NCBI GenBank assembly: GCA_041666915.1
Contig: JBAYFZ010000003.1
Coordinates: 22,394 to 86,393 of the forward strand
Direction of reading: 5' to 3'
Source: Minisyncoccota bacterium
GTDB taxonomy: Bacteria > Patescibacteriota > Minisyncoccia > Phycocordibacterales > PALSA-1337
Length of the DNA stretch: 64,000 bases
In this document: positions 56,201-64,000 of the stretch, one piece after another
Position numbering within the stretch: the stretch's first letter is position 1
Layout: every line of letters begins with the position of its first letter
Program-made: the position numbers and the translations under genes
The notes under the pieces: generated by a model
Database searches by the model: none
What the model saw: only the letters and a program-made list of their open reading frames with translations
What the model was told of the DNA's origin: nothing

Positions 56201-59200
56201 CGGCAACAGTACCATTAATATTTCGGCTACTGCCACTTCAACCTTTGGTACGGGAATAGATTTAAGAACAGGTTGTTTCGCCATTAACGGCGTCTGTTTG
56301 AGCGGTGCAGACGGTACAGCAAGTTCTACACTTTTGTCTGATACTAATACTTGGACAGGTTTGAATGTCTTTGGTTACGCAAGTACCACGCAGATCAGTT
56401 CAACAGGAAATGCTTACTTTGCAACGACTGGAGGAAAGGTAGGAGTTGGAACAACTTCGCCATTCTCAACCCTTTCTGTTTCTACTCCTGCACAACAGAG
56501 CGGGTCATTACCACTTCTTACAGTAGCTTCTACGACTGGTGCGACGCTATTAACTGTTTTGGGAAATGGGAATGTGGGGATTGGAACAATGAATCCAGCG
56601 TATCCATTAGATGTTAATGGAAGTGTGAACGCAGCCTCTTATAGAACAAGTAATGTGATTTCTCTTATATTAGCAAATTCTGCTATAAATATAGGAGATA
56701 CTTATGGAAGTACTTATCCTCTTGTAGTTAATGCTGGTGGTTCAGAAAGGATGAGAGTCTCGACTGGTGGCAACGTCGGCATCGGCACCACCTCTCCATA
56801 TTCCAAACTCTCCGTCTGGGGTGCTTCAACAGGAACAAACAGAATGTTTGAATTAACCAACAGTGCTTCAACAACACTCATGAGTATGTTGGAAAATGGC
56901 ACAGGCTATTTCTTGGGTAATATTGGAATTGGAACAACTTCACCATACGCGAAACTTTCAGTGGTTGGTCCGGTAGTGGCTGAATATTTCTATGCAACCT
57001 CCACAACAGCAACTTCAACATTTGCTGGTGGGCTTGATGTAGGAAATGGTGGACTTGTTTATGAGGCTTCTACAGGTATCACTTCAGCTTCTTCATTCCA
57101 AATGGGTAACTTAAGTTTTGATCTCAATGCAGGTGCTGTATCTTGGATAGATCTTCCAATAGATAGTAGTGCCCCAGCAAATACACCACAGAGTTACACT
57201 GCCAACTTGAACGGTTTGCCAATGCTCACTATCGGAGGTCTTTCTGATGGTGCTGGGAATATTATAAATGCTGGTATCGGAATCGGTACAACTACCTCAT
57301 ATTCCAAACTCTCCGTCTGGGGTTCTTCAACAGGAACAAACAGAATGTTTGAATTAACCAACAGTGCTTCAACAACACTCATGAGTATGTTGGAAAATGG
57401 CACAGGATATTTCTTGGGTAATATTGGAATTGGAACAACCACCCCAGGTACACTCCTTTCTCTTGGAAATACCGGCAACAGTACCATTAATATTTCAGCT
57501 ACTGCCACTTCAACATTTGGTACAGGAATAAATCTAAGAACAGGTTGCTTCGCCGTCAACGGAATTTGTGTCGGTGGTGCAGATGGTACAGCAAGTTCTA
57601 CTCTACTATCAGACACCAACACATGGACAGGTTTGAATGTCTTTGGGTATGCCTCTTCAACACAATTCACAACAACGGCTGATACATATCTTGCGACATT
57701 GGGAGGCAATGTTGGCATTGGTACGACAAGTCCTGTCAGTAAGTTTTCAGTTGATGGGACTTCTAGCTTTAGTGGCTACACTATCATTGGTGGAACATCA
57801 CTTATAGATAATTCAGTTCCTCTTAATGTCATAGCTGATGGTTATTTTGGTACAGCAGGTAAGATAGCAAACTTTATTTCCAATCAAGATTATGGACATG
57901 TGGGTATATTCAAAGATGATAATTCTCGCGGATTGTTCCTCGGTTACGGTACTGGTAATTTGCTAGCAGGTAATGATAATGATGCTTTTATACAGATTGG
58001 AGCCGCATCAAGTAGTCGTGGTTACCTCCATTTGGTTGATGGTGTAGGTGCTGGTTCTGATGGTCAATTCGGTCTAATGAGTCCTTATGTTCTCATTGGA
58101 GCTTCTACTGCAAATGGAAGTGGCTCAGTCTTACAAGTTGAAGGCTTGTCTACTCTTGTTGGTAATGTTGGTGTTGGAACGACTTCACCTTTGGCAAGAT
58201 TGGATGTTGCCGGAGTCTTGGGTTCTCAAGCAGATTTATTCAATGTTTCTTCAACGACAGCAACAGATATAGTCTCAAGTCTATTTAAAGTTTCTGCAAA
58301 TGGTAATGTTACTATCGGTTATTTGAATGGTTCTCTCCAAGCTGTCAACGGAGTAGTTTCTGCAACTTCAACACTTTCAATTGCTTATGGAGGTACAGGT
58401 ACATCTACATCTCCAACATATGGAAAATTACTTATGGGTGATGGTACTGGAAAATATGACTTAGTTGCAACTTCAACATTGGGAATTTTGGGTGCTAGTG
58501 CTATTGCATTGGGTACACCTGGTCAGATACCTTATTACTCTGCAAATTTGCAAGCAGTTTCTGCAACTTCTTCTATATTTATAAATCAGACAAATAGTTT
58601 TATTGGTATCGGTACAACTACTCCTACCTCAGCTTTGTCAGTCTTCAACGCTTCCGCTCCTCAATTCCAGCTCGCATATAACACGAGTAATTACATGAAT
58701 GTCGGGGTTTCTTCTACTGGTGGAGTTACAATGGCAGTCAATGGTTCTCTCGGAGGCTTTGCTATCACAAATCCTCAACCGACCGTTGTTGGTAGTGGTA
58801 CAGGTACAAATGCTCCTCTAGGTTTCTCTGTAGCCGGTGGTATCGGAGGAAATTCAAATGATACAAATATTGGTGTTGGTGGTATCGGTGGCGGTTTGCA
58901 ACTTACAGCTGGTGTTGGAGGTTCCGCAGGACTTTCTACTTTCTCAGAGACAGGTGGTGCTGGAGGTGCAGTATCTATGCTTGCTGGTGCTGGAGGTGCA
59001 ACGGCTTCTCCTAGTATTGATTTTATGTCTAGAGTTGCAGGTAACGGAGGTCTCATGACTTTGGCTGGTGGTGCTGGAGGTAATGCTTCAAATGGTGGTC
59101 TAGCAAGTTCTAATACTGCTGGTAATGGTGGAGCTTTCACTTTGAAAGGTGGTGCTGGAGGTAATGCTAGTGGTGCTACAACCAATAATGGTGGTGCTGG

Positions 59201-62200
59201 AGGGAGTCTATATATATCAGGTGGTGCTGGAGGTACAGGTTCTACTGCAAATGGTACTGCTGGTAATCTTTATCTCGGTTATGATTCTTCAAGCGCTCTT
59301 GGTAATGTTTATTTCGGCAATCAGGGTGCCTCGTACATTACAAGTACAGGGAATTTTGGAGTTGGTACCACTTCTCCTTTCAGTAAACTTTCAGTTTCTA
59401 CTTCTGCTCAACAGGATGGATCAACGCCACTCTTTACAGTAGCTTCTACTACAAGTGCTTCGTTATTTACAGTTTTGGGAAATGGGAATGTTGGGATTGG
59501 GACAAATAATCCAACAAAGCTTTTTATTGTCGCGTCTGGAGCAAACACAGTTATGAGTATGAATTCTTCGGGTCTATTGAATATAGCAACTTATCTTCAA
59601 CTTAATGGTGGAACCGCTGTTTCTTATAGTGGTACACAGTTACAGTTGGGTACTGGTTTTACTACGCAATATTTACCAGGCAACGTCGGCATCGGCACCA
59701 CCACTCCATTAGCCAAACTTAACATCTACGGCGACGTGGTTTTCCAGACTCCAACCAATTCAGCCACGGCTTTCCAGATACTGAACGCGGCTACCAGCTC
59801 GGTCTTCTCTGTAGCTACCACCGGCTTTGGCACTACTACTTTGGCTGGTCTAAATATCTCCGGTTCAGCTACTTCTACTTCTAACGTAGGTTGGAATATT
59901 ACATCCGGTTGTTTTGCCATTAACGGCGTCTGCGTAGGAGGTGGTGCAGGCGCAGGTGATGGTACAGCAAGTTCTACTCTTTTGTCTGATAATAATACTT
60001 GGACAGGTTCTAATATATTCAATAGTAATGTTGGAATTGGTACCACCTCACCATTCTCAACTCTTTCTGTTTCTACTTCTGCACAACAAAATGGAGCATC
60101 ACCACTCTTTACAGTAGCTTCTACGACTGGTGCGACGTTATTAACTGTTTTGGGAAATGGGTATGTTGGAATTGGTAAATCTAATCCAACGGTTGCTTTG
60201 GATGTGACAGGGGGAATATCTGCTAGTGGAAATATTGCTGCTGGTGGAGCCTTATATGCGGGTGGTGTTTACGGCTTGATATGGAATGGTCGTAGTAGTA
60301 TTTATTCAACTGCTGATGGTCAATTTTCTTTCTATAATAACGCTGGAACATCTTTTTCAAGAATTAATCTTGGAGGAACCACTTCAGCTTTTCCTGCAAT
60401 TGGGGCTTCTGGATCTAATCTTATAGTCCAGTCTGCTGATGGAACACTTGGCACTAATTTAGGAGTAGGCACCTCCTCCCCATACTCCAAACTCTCCGTC
60501 TGGGGTTCTTCAACAGGAACAAACAGAATGTTTGAGCTAACCAACAGTGCCTCAACAACACTTATGAGTATGTTGGAAAATGGTACAGGCTATTTCTTGG
60601 GTAATGTTGGAATTGGTACAACTTCTCCTTATGCAAAACTTTCAGTAGTTGGTCCAGTAGTGGCTGAATACTTCCATGCAACTTCTACAACAGCAACCTC
60701 AACATTTGCTGGTGGTTTTGATGTAGGTAGTGGTGGACTTACTTACGAACAGGGTTCAGGTATTACTTATATCAGTTCTCTACAGACTTCTAATTTCAAT
60801 TTTGAAACAAATGCAGGTATGGTCTCATGGGTAGATCTTCCTACAGATTCCAATGCTCCAAGCGGTACAGTCCAGAGTTATTCAGCAGGTCTAAACGGAA
60901 GTTCAACACTTACTATATATGGTATATCAGATGGTGCTGGTAATCTTCAATCTGATTGGCCGAGAGTATCTATCGGAGGTACATCTGCAGGTACGACTAC
61001 ACCTAGTTCAAAATTGACAGTTTTTGGTAATGGTACTGGAACAGGAGGAATATTTGAGCTTGTAGATAGTGCCTCAACAACACTTATGAAAGTTTTGAAT
61101 AATGGAAGTGTCGGTATCGGCACAACCTCTCCAGGTACTCTTCTTTCTCTCGGAAACACTGGAAACAATACAATCAACATCTCAGCTACTGCCACTTCAA
61201 CCTTTGGCACAGGAATAAACCTAAGAACAGGATGTTTTGCTGTTAATGATGTTTGTATAGGTGGCGGTGGTGGTGCAGGCGACGGCACATCAAGTTCTAC
61301 TCTACTATCTGATTACAACACATGGACAGGTTTGAATGTCTTCGGATATGCAAGTACCACACAGATCAGTTCAACTGGAAATGCTTACTTTGCTACAACA
61401 GGTGGAAAGGTAGGAGTTGGAACAACTTCACCATTCTCAACTCTTTCAGTTTCTACTTCTGCACAACAAGATGGAGCATTACCACTCTTTACAGTGGCTT
61501 CTACTACTGGAGCTTCGTTACTTACAGTTTTGGGAAATGGGTATGTTGGTATCGGAACAGCAAGCCCAACAAATGTTCTTGATGTCAGTGGAACATTCAA
61601 ATCTAGTGGCCAATCAATAGTCGCTGACGCCTTCCGTTTCTATACAGGCAACAGTGATGCTGGTACCTCATACAGTGATTTTAGAACAAATCCTGCAACC
61701 GGTAATGCAATACTTAGCGCAAAGTCTGGAGCTGTCTATTTCAACTACGATCACGGCAATCAAGGAGTCATCTTTTCAAACGGATCTCAAGCTACGGTAG
61801 CTACTATAAATAGTACTGGACACGCAGTGTTCTATGGTACGGGTGATAACTCATTTGCAGGAGAATTGGGCGTTGGTACAACCACTCCATATTCCAGACT
61901 TTCAGTTTGGGGGGCTTCAACAGGAACAAATAGGATGTTTGAATTAACAAACAGTGCTTCAACAACACTCATGAGTGTATTGGAAAATGGTACAGGTTAT
62001 TTCTCAGGAAATATTGGAATAGGAACAACCACCCCAGGTTCTATCCTTTCTTTGGGTGATACTGGCAGTAACACCATCAACATCTCAGCCACAGCCACTT
62101 CAACATTTGGCACAGGTATAAACCTAAGAACAGGATGTTTTGCTGTTAATGATGTTTGTATAGGTGGCGGTGGTGGTGCAGGCGACGGCACATCAAGTTC

Positions 62201-64000
62201 TACTCTATTATCTGATTACAATACATGGACAGGCTTGAATGTCTTCGGATATGCAAGTACCACACAGATCAGTTCAACAGGAAATGCTTACTTTGCTACA
62301 ACTGGTGGCAATGTCGGTATCGGTAGCACTTCACCATTTGCAAAACTTTCTATTCACGCCGGAGCAACTGATACTTATAACTCCACCTTGTTTGCAATCG
62401 CTTCTTCTACCAGTGCTTATGCCACAACCACTCTCTTTAGTGTCTTAGCAAACGGCAGTATAAGCATGGGTACTTCTACAGCAACGACTACTATCGCTGG
62501 TGGATTTAATGTTGGAAATGGTGGTCTTATCTACGAAGCTTACACAGGTATTACTTCAGCTTCTTCACTCCAAACAGGAAACTTCAATTTTGAAACAAAT
62601 GCCGGTGCTGTATCATGGGCAGAACTTGTCATAGATTCTGGCGCTCCTGCAAATACACCACAGAGTTATACTGCTCATTTGAATAGTGCGCCAATGCTTA
62701 CTATCGGAGGTCTTTCTGATGGTGGAGGTAATATTACAAATGCCGGAGTAGGTATCGGTACGACTTCTCCTTGGGGTAGTTTTGCAATCTCACCATTTAC
62801 AACCACATACCCAGCTTTCAATATTGGTACGACAACAGCAACATTCACTGGTTCATACTTTATGGTTAGCGGTACTGGAAATGTGGGAATTGCTACATCT
62901 TCACCATACGCAAAACTTTCTATCCAAGGAGCAACTTCTGGTACTACACCTTTGTTTGCAATTTCTACTTCAACCAATGCCTCACCATCTCTACAAATTG
63001 ATCAGAATGGACTTTTGACAATGAATACACCCGGAGCAACTTCTACTATCACTGGTAACTTACAGGTCATAGGCGGTTTCCGTGCAGACAATACCTATAC
63101 TGGTGATCTATTCTTCGCAAACAACTTCAGCTTCACTGAAGCACAACCTATCAATTCAACCACTACTCAGGCTTTGTATTTAAAGAGTCAAAAAGGCGAG
63201 AGAGTTTTGTCTATTGACGATCTAGGAAATGTAAATATTTCTGGAGACATTTGTTCAAATAATGTCACTTGTGTCAGTCAGTCATTGAGTAAATTGTCTG
63301 GAGATATGAGTTCTTTGGCTTCAAGTACAGCTGATATGCAAGCGGGTATTGATGGTCAGATCAAGACAACCTCTTCGTCAGTACAAAGTCTAGCCGACGC
63401 TATCGTAGCTTTGGATTTGAAAGTTGATGCAATATTAGCTTCAAGTACTTTGAATATGGAACTTCTCGTAGCTTCAACTAGCGCTACTGTTGCTTCAAAC
63501 TTGGCTTCAAGTACAGAATTTGTTACTGCTGTCTCTTCTTCAACAGCTTCTGTTTTGACTTCAAATCCTTCATTTGTTGCCGTTGTCGCAGAGGCGGTCA
63601 AAAATATTATTTCTTCAGCAGGTGATTGGGTCGTAGACAGATTTACGGCCAAGGTCGCTTATATCAATCGTGTTGAAGCAGGAACAGTCGCTATCTCCAA
63701 AGGTATGGAAATCGTAGATCAGGCTTCTGGTGCAGTATGGTGTGTAACTATCAAGAATGGTGATTGGAATAAGATTCAAGGTACATGTGCTAGTGTTCCT
63801 CTTCCAGAAGTTGCAACTTCAACAATACCAGTAGTTCCAGAGAATCCTGCGATAGTCACTCCAAATCCAGTAGTAATTCCAGTAGAACCTGTAGTTAATC
63901 CTATTCAAGCAAGTTCAACTCCTCCTGTTGTTGCAACGAGTACACCTCCAGTTTCTGAACCAATCCCAACTCCAGATCCAACACCATCTCCAATTACAGA
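50235..64000 (+). CDS. Giant modular surface/fibre protein (>4588 aa, runs off the window end): signal peptide, 3 FN3-like domains, TM, internal signal-like segment, GNVGIGT repeat modules, FG-GAP propeller, Gly-rich tracts, Pro-rich linker
   Basis: ATG at 50235; first ~700 codons hand-translated without a stop, and the frame spot-checked open to 64000. Absent from the ORF track, consistent with no stop codon in the window. Confidence 0.9.
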   Translation, partial: MNKNFIKNLGKNIIKVAPRCFVIFTLIISFIVSPLSVFAVQSTFTTSLTTTGVATTPPAIPSNLLATAVSDTQIDLSWTASVPTFYTVTGYRIFRDSVFLATTSSVVYSDTGLTPETAYSYTVEAFDSIIQLSGQSATSTATTTATPVVPPVTPPVTPPSSGGGSSGSSVINITDIKVVAGTNNANISFKTNVSAQTKVQWGFSNDFEIGSLQNIFYGKEHSQMINGLVEGLTYFVRITATNSQGISTYRDISFKTDLAVVELGPLPNPSNFLAQATDKNINLTWDNPIDERFNNVRIVRTEGFFPIDQFDGTPIYEGDGQSFVDKSAKIGTTYYYAIFAKGIDGEYSSGALAQARIAPAGEIVVSPTSTDPFINIPESTNVDPMIKKITLSDFEFIQEGKNLSVIGSTVAIKGGENLTIRLAYNKVPEILKTVAFTLQDPSDKTKVFPFLLRINADKTYYEATIGALGKSGRYGMSVVILDYENKGLKRLNGTLAALAFNAMPFDFGNNFDFLGILLLLLVIILVILAIALLRKWINYSPEHQTVDKPKTSGVTISRDVFNAISKISIFVLVVTASFGIQQAFATTFNPEINYQGKLTDSVGSNVANGSYSIRFKLYTTLSGGSPIWTETWCNTSTCDGLGTGADSRITLTSGLFSTMLGSTTALDGIDFNQPLYLGVEIGGSGATASWDGEMSPRKILGAVPSAFYSATSTVALSANSADTLSGLNSSQFLRSDIQNATSSSSTFFSVLQSGAGKIAEFFGSAAQSVFSILSNGNVGVGTTTPSSRFNVYGDVSFQTPSNSATAFQILNSATSSVFSVATTGFGTTTLAGLTISGSATSTSNVGWNISTGCFAVNGVCLSGADGTASSTLLSDTNTWTGLNVFGYASTTQISSTGNAYLATTGGNVGIGTTSPFAKFAINPIAGDGASFVIGSSTRTDFIVTNEGMIGVGSTSPSAIFSILGRNGKTQGTAETRIAPTALYVQGGTGGGGSSIPGGKGADIILIAGNGASSALGDGNGGSLTFTAGNGGATDGSGVGGNVTINPGLTGGGGNGKIVLADLRGNVGVGTTSPFSKLSVSTPAQQSGSLPLFTVASTTSASLLTVLGNGNVGIGTAVPTSVLDVNGNINATTMIAGTHLLVQNTGIYYDSVSNGAYSFANSGVDLALKTASVGTVMTIKDAGLVGIGTSTPYSKLSVWGSSTGTNRMFELTNSASTTLMSMLENGTGYFLGNIGIGTTTPGTILSLGNTGDSTINLSVTATSTFGTGINLRTGCFAVNGTCVGGADGTSSSTLLSDTNTWTGLNVFGYASTTQISSTGSAYFATTGGNVGVGTTSPFSKLSVSTSAQQSGTLPLFTVASTTSASLFTVLGNGNVGIGTSTVSEKLFVEGNIAPSMTNLYTAGSYTLNSAVASVANITASGIANSDLLGVSSASAGDVNGDGINDVIIGATAADGAGTDRGQAYIFFGSTTPRTTFAPASADVILSGSEDSGSFGTSVASAGDVNGDGYGDVIVGATNVAGGGSYRGQTYIFYGGPNFTGAIIASSANVIISGAADYDSNGQVVASAGDVNGDGYGDVIMTALSADDGGFDRGQAYIFYGKPNLASTYTTANADVIISGNTDGVQMGNSVASVGDVNGDGYGDVIIGAQSADVGGNNRGQAYIFYGKPNLASAYSASSANVIVTGMVDMGFMGISSASAGDVNGDGYSDFIIGASSAAGGGTSRGQAYVFYGKSNLASTYSASSANVTISGIANSDALGYSVASAGDVNGDGYGDIIVGAVGAAGGGTSRGQAYIFYGKSDLSSTYTASSADVAFSGIATSDAFGSSVTSAGDINNDGYSDVMVGAYGAAGGGTSRGQTYIFTPTGNRFKSIYAQSGSFTKGIQLGGGMSTLNAYGLSSLSQFSLNTADWSISKSGTSSMQSLIVSGNVGIGTTSPFSTLSVSTPVQQSGLLSLFTVASTTGASLFSVLGNGNIGIGTTTPGTLLSLGNTGNSTINISATATSTFGTGIDLRTGCFAINGVCLSGADGTASSTLLSDTNTWTGLNVFGYASTTQISSTGNAYFATTGGKVGVGTTSPFSTLSVSTPAQQSGSLPLLTVASTTGATLLTVLGNGNVGIGTMNPAYPLDVNGSVNAASYRTSNVISLILANSAINIGDTYGSTYPLVVNAGGSERMRVSTGGNVGIGTTSPYSKLSVWGASTGTNRMFELTNSASTTLMSMLENGTGYFLGNIGIGTTSPYAKLSVVGPVVAEYFYATSTTATSTFAGGLDVGNGGLVYEASTGITSASSFQMGNLSFDLNAGAVSWIDLPIDSSAPANTPQSYTANLNGLPMLTIGGLSDGAGNIINAGIGIGTTTSYSKLSVWGSSTGTNRMFELTNSASTTLMSMLENGTGYFLGNIGIGTTTPGTLLSLGNTGNSTINISATATSTFGTGINLRTGCFAVNGICVGGADGTASSTLLSDTNTWTGLNVFGYASSTQFTTTADTYLATLGGNVGIGTTSPVSKFSVDGTSSFSGYTIIGGTSLIDNSVPLNVIADGYFGTAGKIANFISNQDYGHVGIFKDDNSRGLFLGYGTGNLLAGNDNDAFIQIGAASSSRGYLHLVDGVGAGSDGQFGLMSPYVLIGASTANGSGSVLQVEGLSTLVGNVGVGTTSPLARLDVAGVLGSQADLFNVSSTTATDIVSSLFKVSANGNVTIGYLNGSLQAVNGVVSATSTLSIAYGGTGTSTSPTYGKLLMGDGTGKYDLVATSTLGILGASAIALGTPGQIPYYSANLQAVSATSSIFINQTNSFIGIGTTTPTSALSVFNASAPQFQLAYNTSNYMNVGVSSTGGVTMAVNGSLGGFAITNPQPTVVGSGTGTNAPLGFSVAGGIGGNSNDTNIGVGGIGGGLQLTAGVGGSAGLSTFSETGGAGGAVSMLAGAGGATASPSIDFMSRVAGNGGLMTLAGGAGGNASNGGLASSNTAGNGGAFTLKGGAGGNASGATTNNGGAGGSLYISGGAGGTGSTANGTAGNLYLGYDSSSALGNVYFGNQGASYITSTGNFGVGTTSPFSKLSVSTSAQQDGSTPLFTVASTTSASLFTVLGNGNVGIGTNNPTKLFIVASGANTVMSMNSSGLLNIATYLQLNGGTAVSYSGTQLQLGTGFTTQYLPGNVGIGTTTPLAKLNIYGDVVFQTPTNSATAFQILNAATSSVFSVATTGFGTTTLAGLNISGSATSTSNVGWNITSGCFAINGVCVGGGAGAGDGTASSTLLSDNNTWTGSNIFNSNVGIGTTSPFSTLSVSTSAQQNGASPLFTVASTTGATLLTVLGNGYVGIGKSNPTVALDVTGGISASGNIAAGGALYAGGVYGLIWNGRSSIYSTADGQFSFYNNAGTSFSRINLGGTTSAFPAIGASGSNLIVQSADGTLGTNLGVGTSSPYSKLSVWGSSTGTNRMFELTNSASTTLMSMLENGTGYFLGNVGIGTTSPYAKLSVVGPVVAEYFHATSTTATSTFAGGFDVGSGGLTYEQGSGITYISSLQTSNFNFETNAGMVSWVDLPTDSNAPSGTVQSYSAGLNGSSTLTIYGISDGAGNLQSDWPRVSIGGTSAGTTTPSSKLTVFGNGTGTGGIFELVDSASTTLMKVLNNGSVGIGTTSPGTLLSLGNTGNNTINISATATSTFGTGINLRTGCFAVNDVCIGGGGGAGDGTSSSTLLSDYNTWTGLNVFGYASTTQISSTGNAYFATTGGKVGVGTTSPFSTLSVSTSAQQDGALPLFTVASTTGASLLTVLGNGYVGIGTASPTNVLDVSGTFKSSGQSIVADAFRFYTGNSDAGTSYSDFRTNPATGNAILSAKSGAVYFNYDHGNQGVIFSNGSQATVATINSTGHAVFYGTGDNSFAGELGVGTTTPYSRLSVWGASTGTNRMFELTNSASTTLMSVLENGTGYFSGNIGIGTTTPGSILSLGDTGSNTINISATATSTFGTGINLRTGCFAVNDVCIGGGGGAGDGTSSSTLLSDYNTWTGLNVFGYASTTQISSTGNAYFATTGGNVGIGSTSPFAKLSIHAGATDTYNSTLFAIASSTSAYATTTLFSVLANGSISMGTSTATTTIAGGFNVGNGGLIYEAYTGITSASSLQTGNFNFETNAGAVSWAELVIDSGAPANTPQSYTAHLNSAPMLTIGGLSDGGGNITNAGVGIGTTSPWGSFAISPFTTTYPAFNIGTTTATFTGSYFMVSGTGNVGIATSSPYAKLSIQGATSGTTPLFAISTSTNASPSLQIDQNGLLTMNTPGATSTITGNLQVIGGFRADNTYTGDLFFANNFSFTEAQPINSTTTQALYLKSQKGERVLSIDDLGNVNISGDICSNNVTCVSQSLSKLSGDMSSLASSTADMQAGIDGQIKTTSSSVQSLADAIVALDLKVDAILASSTLNMELLVASTSATVASNLASSTEFVTAVSSSTASVLTSNPSFVAVVAEAVKNIISSAGDWVVDRFTAKVAYINRVEAGTVAISKGMEIVDQASGAVWCVTIKNGDWNKIQGTCASVPLPEVATSTIPVVPENPAIVTPNPVVIPVEPVVNPIQASSTPPVVATSTPPVSEPIPTPDPTPSPIT
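54490..55820 (+). repeat. Seven FG-GAP/integrin-alpha repeats within the giant ORF
   Basis: GD(V/I)N(G/N)DG motifs at 54537, 54735, 54933, 55131, 55329, 55527, 55725 (exact 198-nt period), followed by RGQ(A/T)Y(I/V)F. Confidence 0.92.

Noticed and set aside
52600-62800. Long direct repeats separated by unique sequence (CRISPR-like or DGR TR/VR-like)
   Set aside because: The repeats are 100-400 bp, in frame and protein-coding, and differences are largely synonymous rather than adenine-specific. There is no cas or reverse transcriptase gene in the window.
50392-63652. Dozens of short ORFs in the track, many repeating (e.g. MVPIPT..., MDRFECL...)
   Set aside because: These are antisense or off-frame shadows of the single giant + strand ORF and its repeats.
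45517-64000. Prophage or tail-fibre region suggested by Xis-like HTH genes and fibre repeats
   Set aside because: No integrase, terminase, capsid or portal genes; the proteins carry Sec signal peptides and TM anchors.
1-64000. Alternative genetic code (TGA recoding as in Gracilibacteria/Absconditabacteria)
   Set aside because: Core genes are intact under code 11, and TGA acts as a normal stop (murB, Nudix).

Overview
AT-rich bacterial chromosomal segment using the standard genetic code. Gene content and style suggest Patescibacteria/CPR (Parcubacteria-like); this is an inference. (1) 1-1.8 kb: 3' part of a VirD4/TraD-like ATPase gene. (2) 1.8-35.4 kb: a ~33 kb surface-glycan locus with GT4, GT2, GT-C, GT10 and GT11 glycosyltransferases, eight stand-alone SAM methyltransferases, GtrA, heptose genes (hddA, hddC-gmhB fusion), wzm/wzt, a small HTH regulator and a Wzy_C/TPR ligase-like protein. 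(3) 35.4-45.8 kb: housekeeping genes (murB, secA, Nudix, AI-2E, obgE, gatB) mixed with two nuclease+palindrome units: a GIY-YIG gene inside a perfect 41-bp inverted repeat, and a RAYT transposase with a co-varying REP family. Copies of these palindromes sit in frame inside secA, obgE and the RAYT gene. (4) 46.3-64 kb: a surface-structure operon with an HTH-TM protein, two paralogous WxL/pilin-like secreted proteins and a DUF916/DUF3324-like protein. It ends in a giant ORF absent from the supplied track (50235 to beyond the window end, >4588 aa). That ORF has FN3 domains, a TM anchor followed by a second internal signal-peptide-like segment, shuffled near-identical GNVGIGT fibre modules and a complete 7-blade FG-GAP propeller. 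No rRNA, tRNA, CRISPR array or reverse transcriptase was seen.
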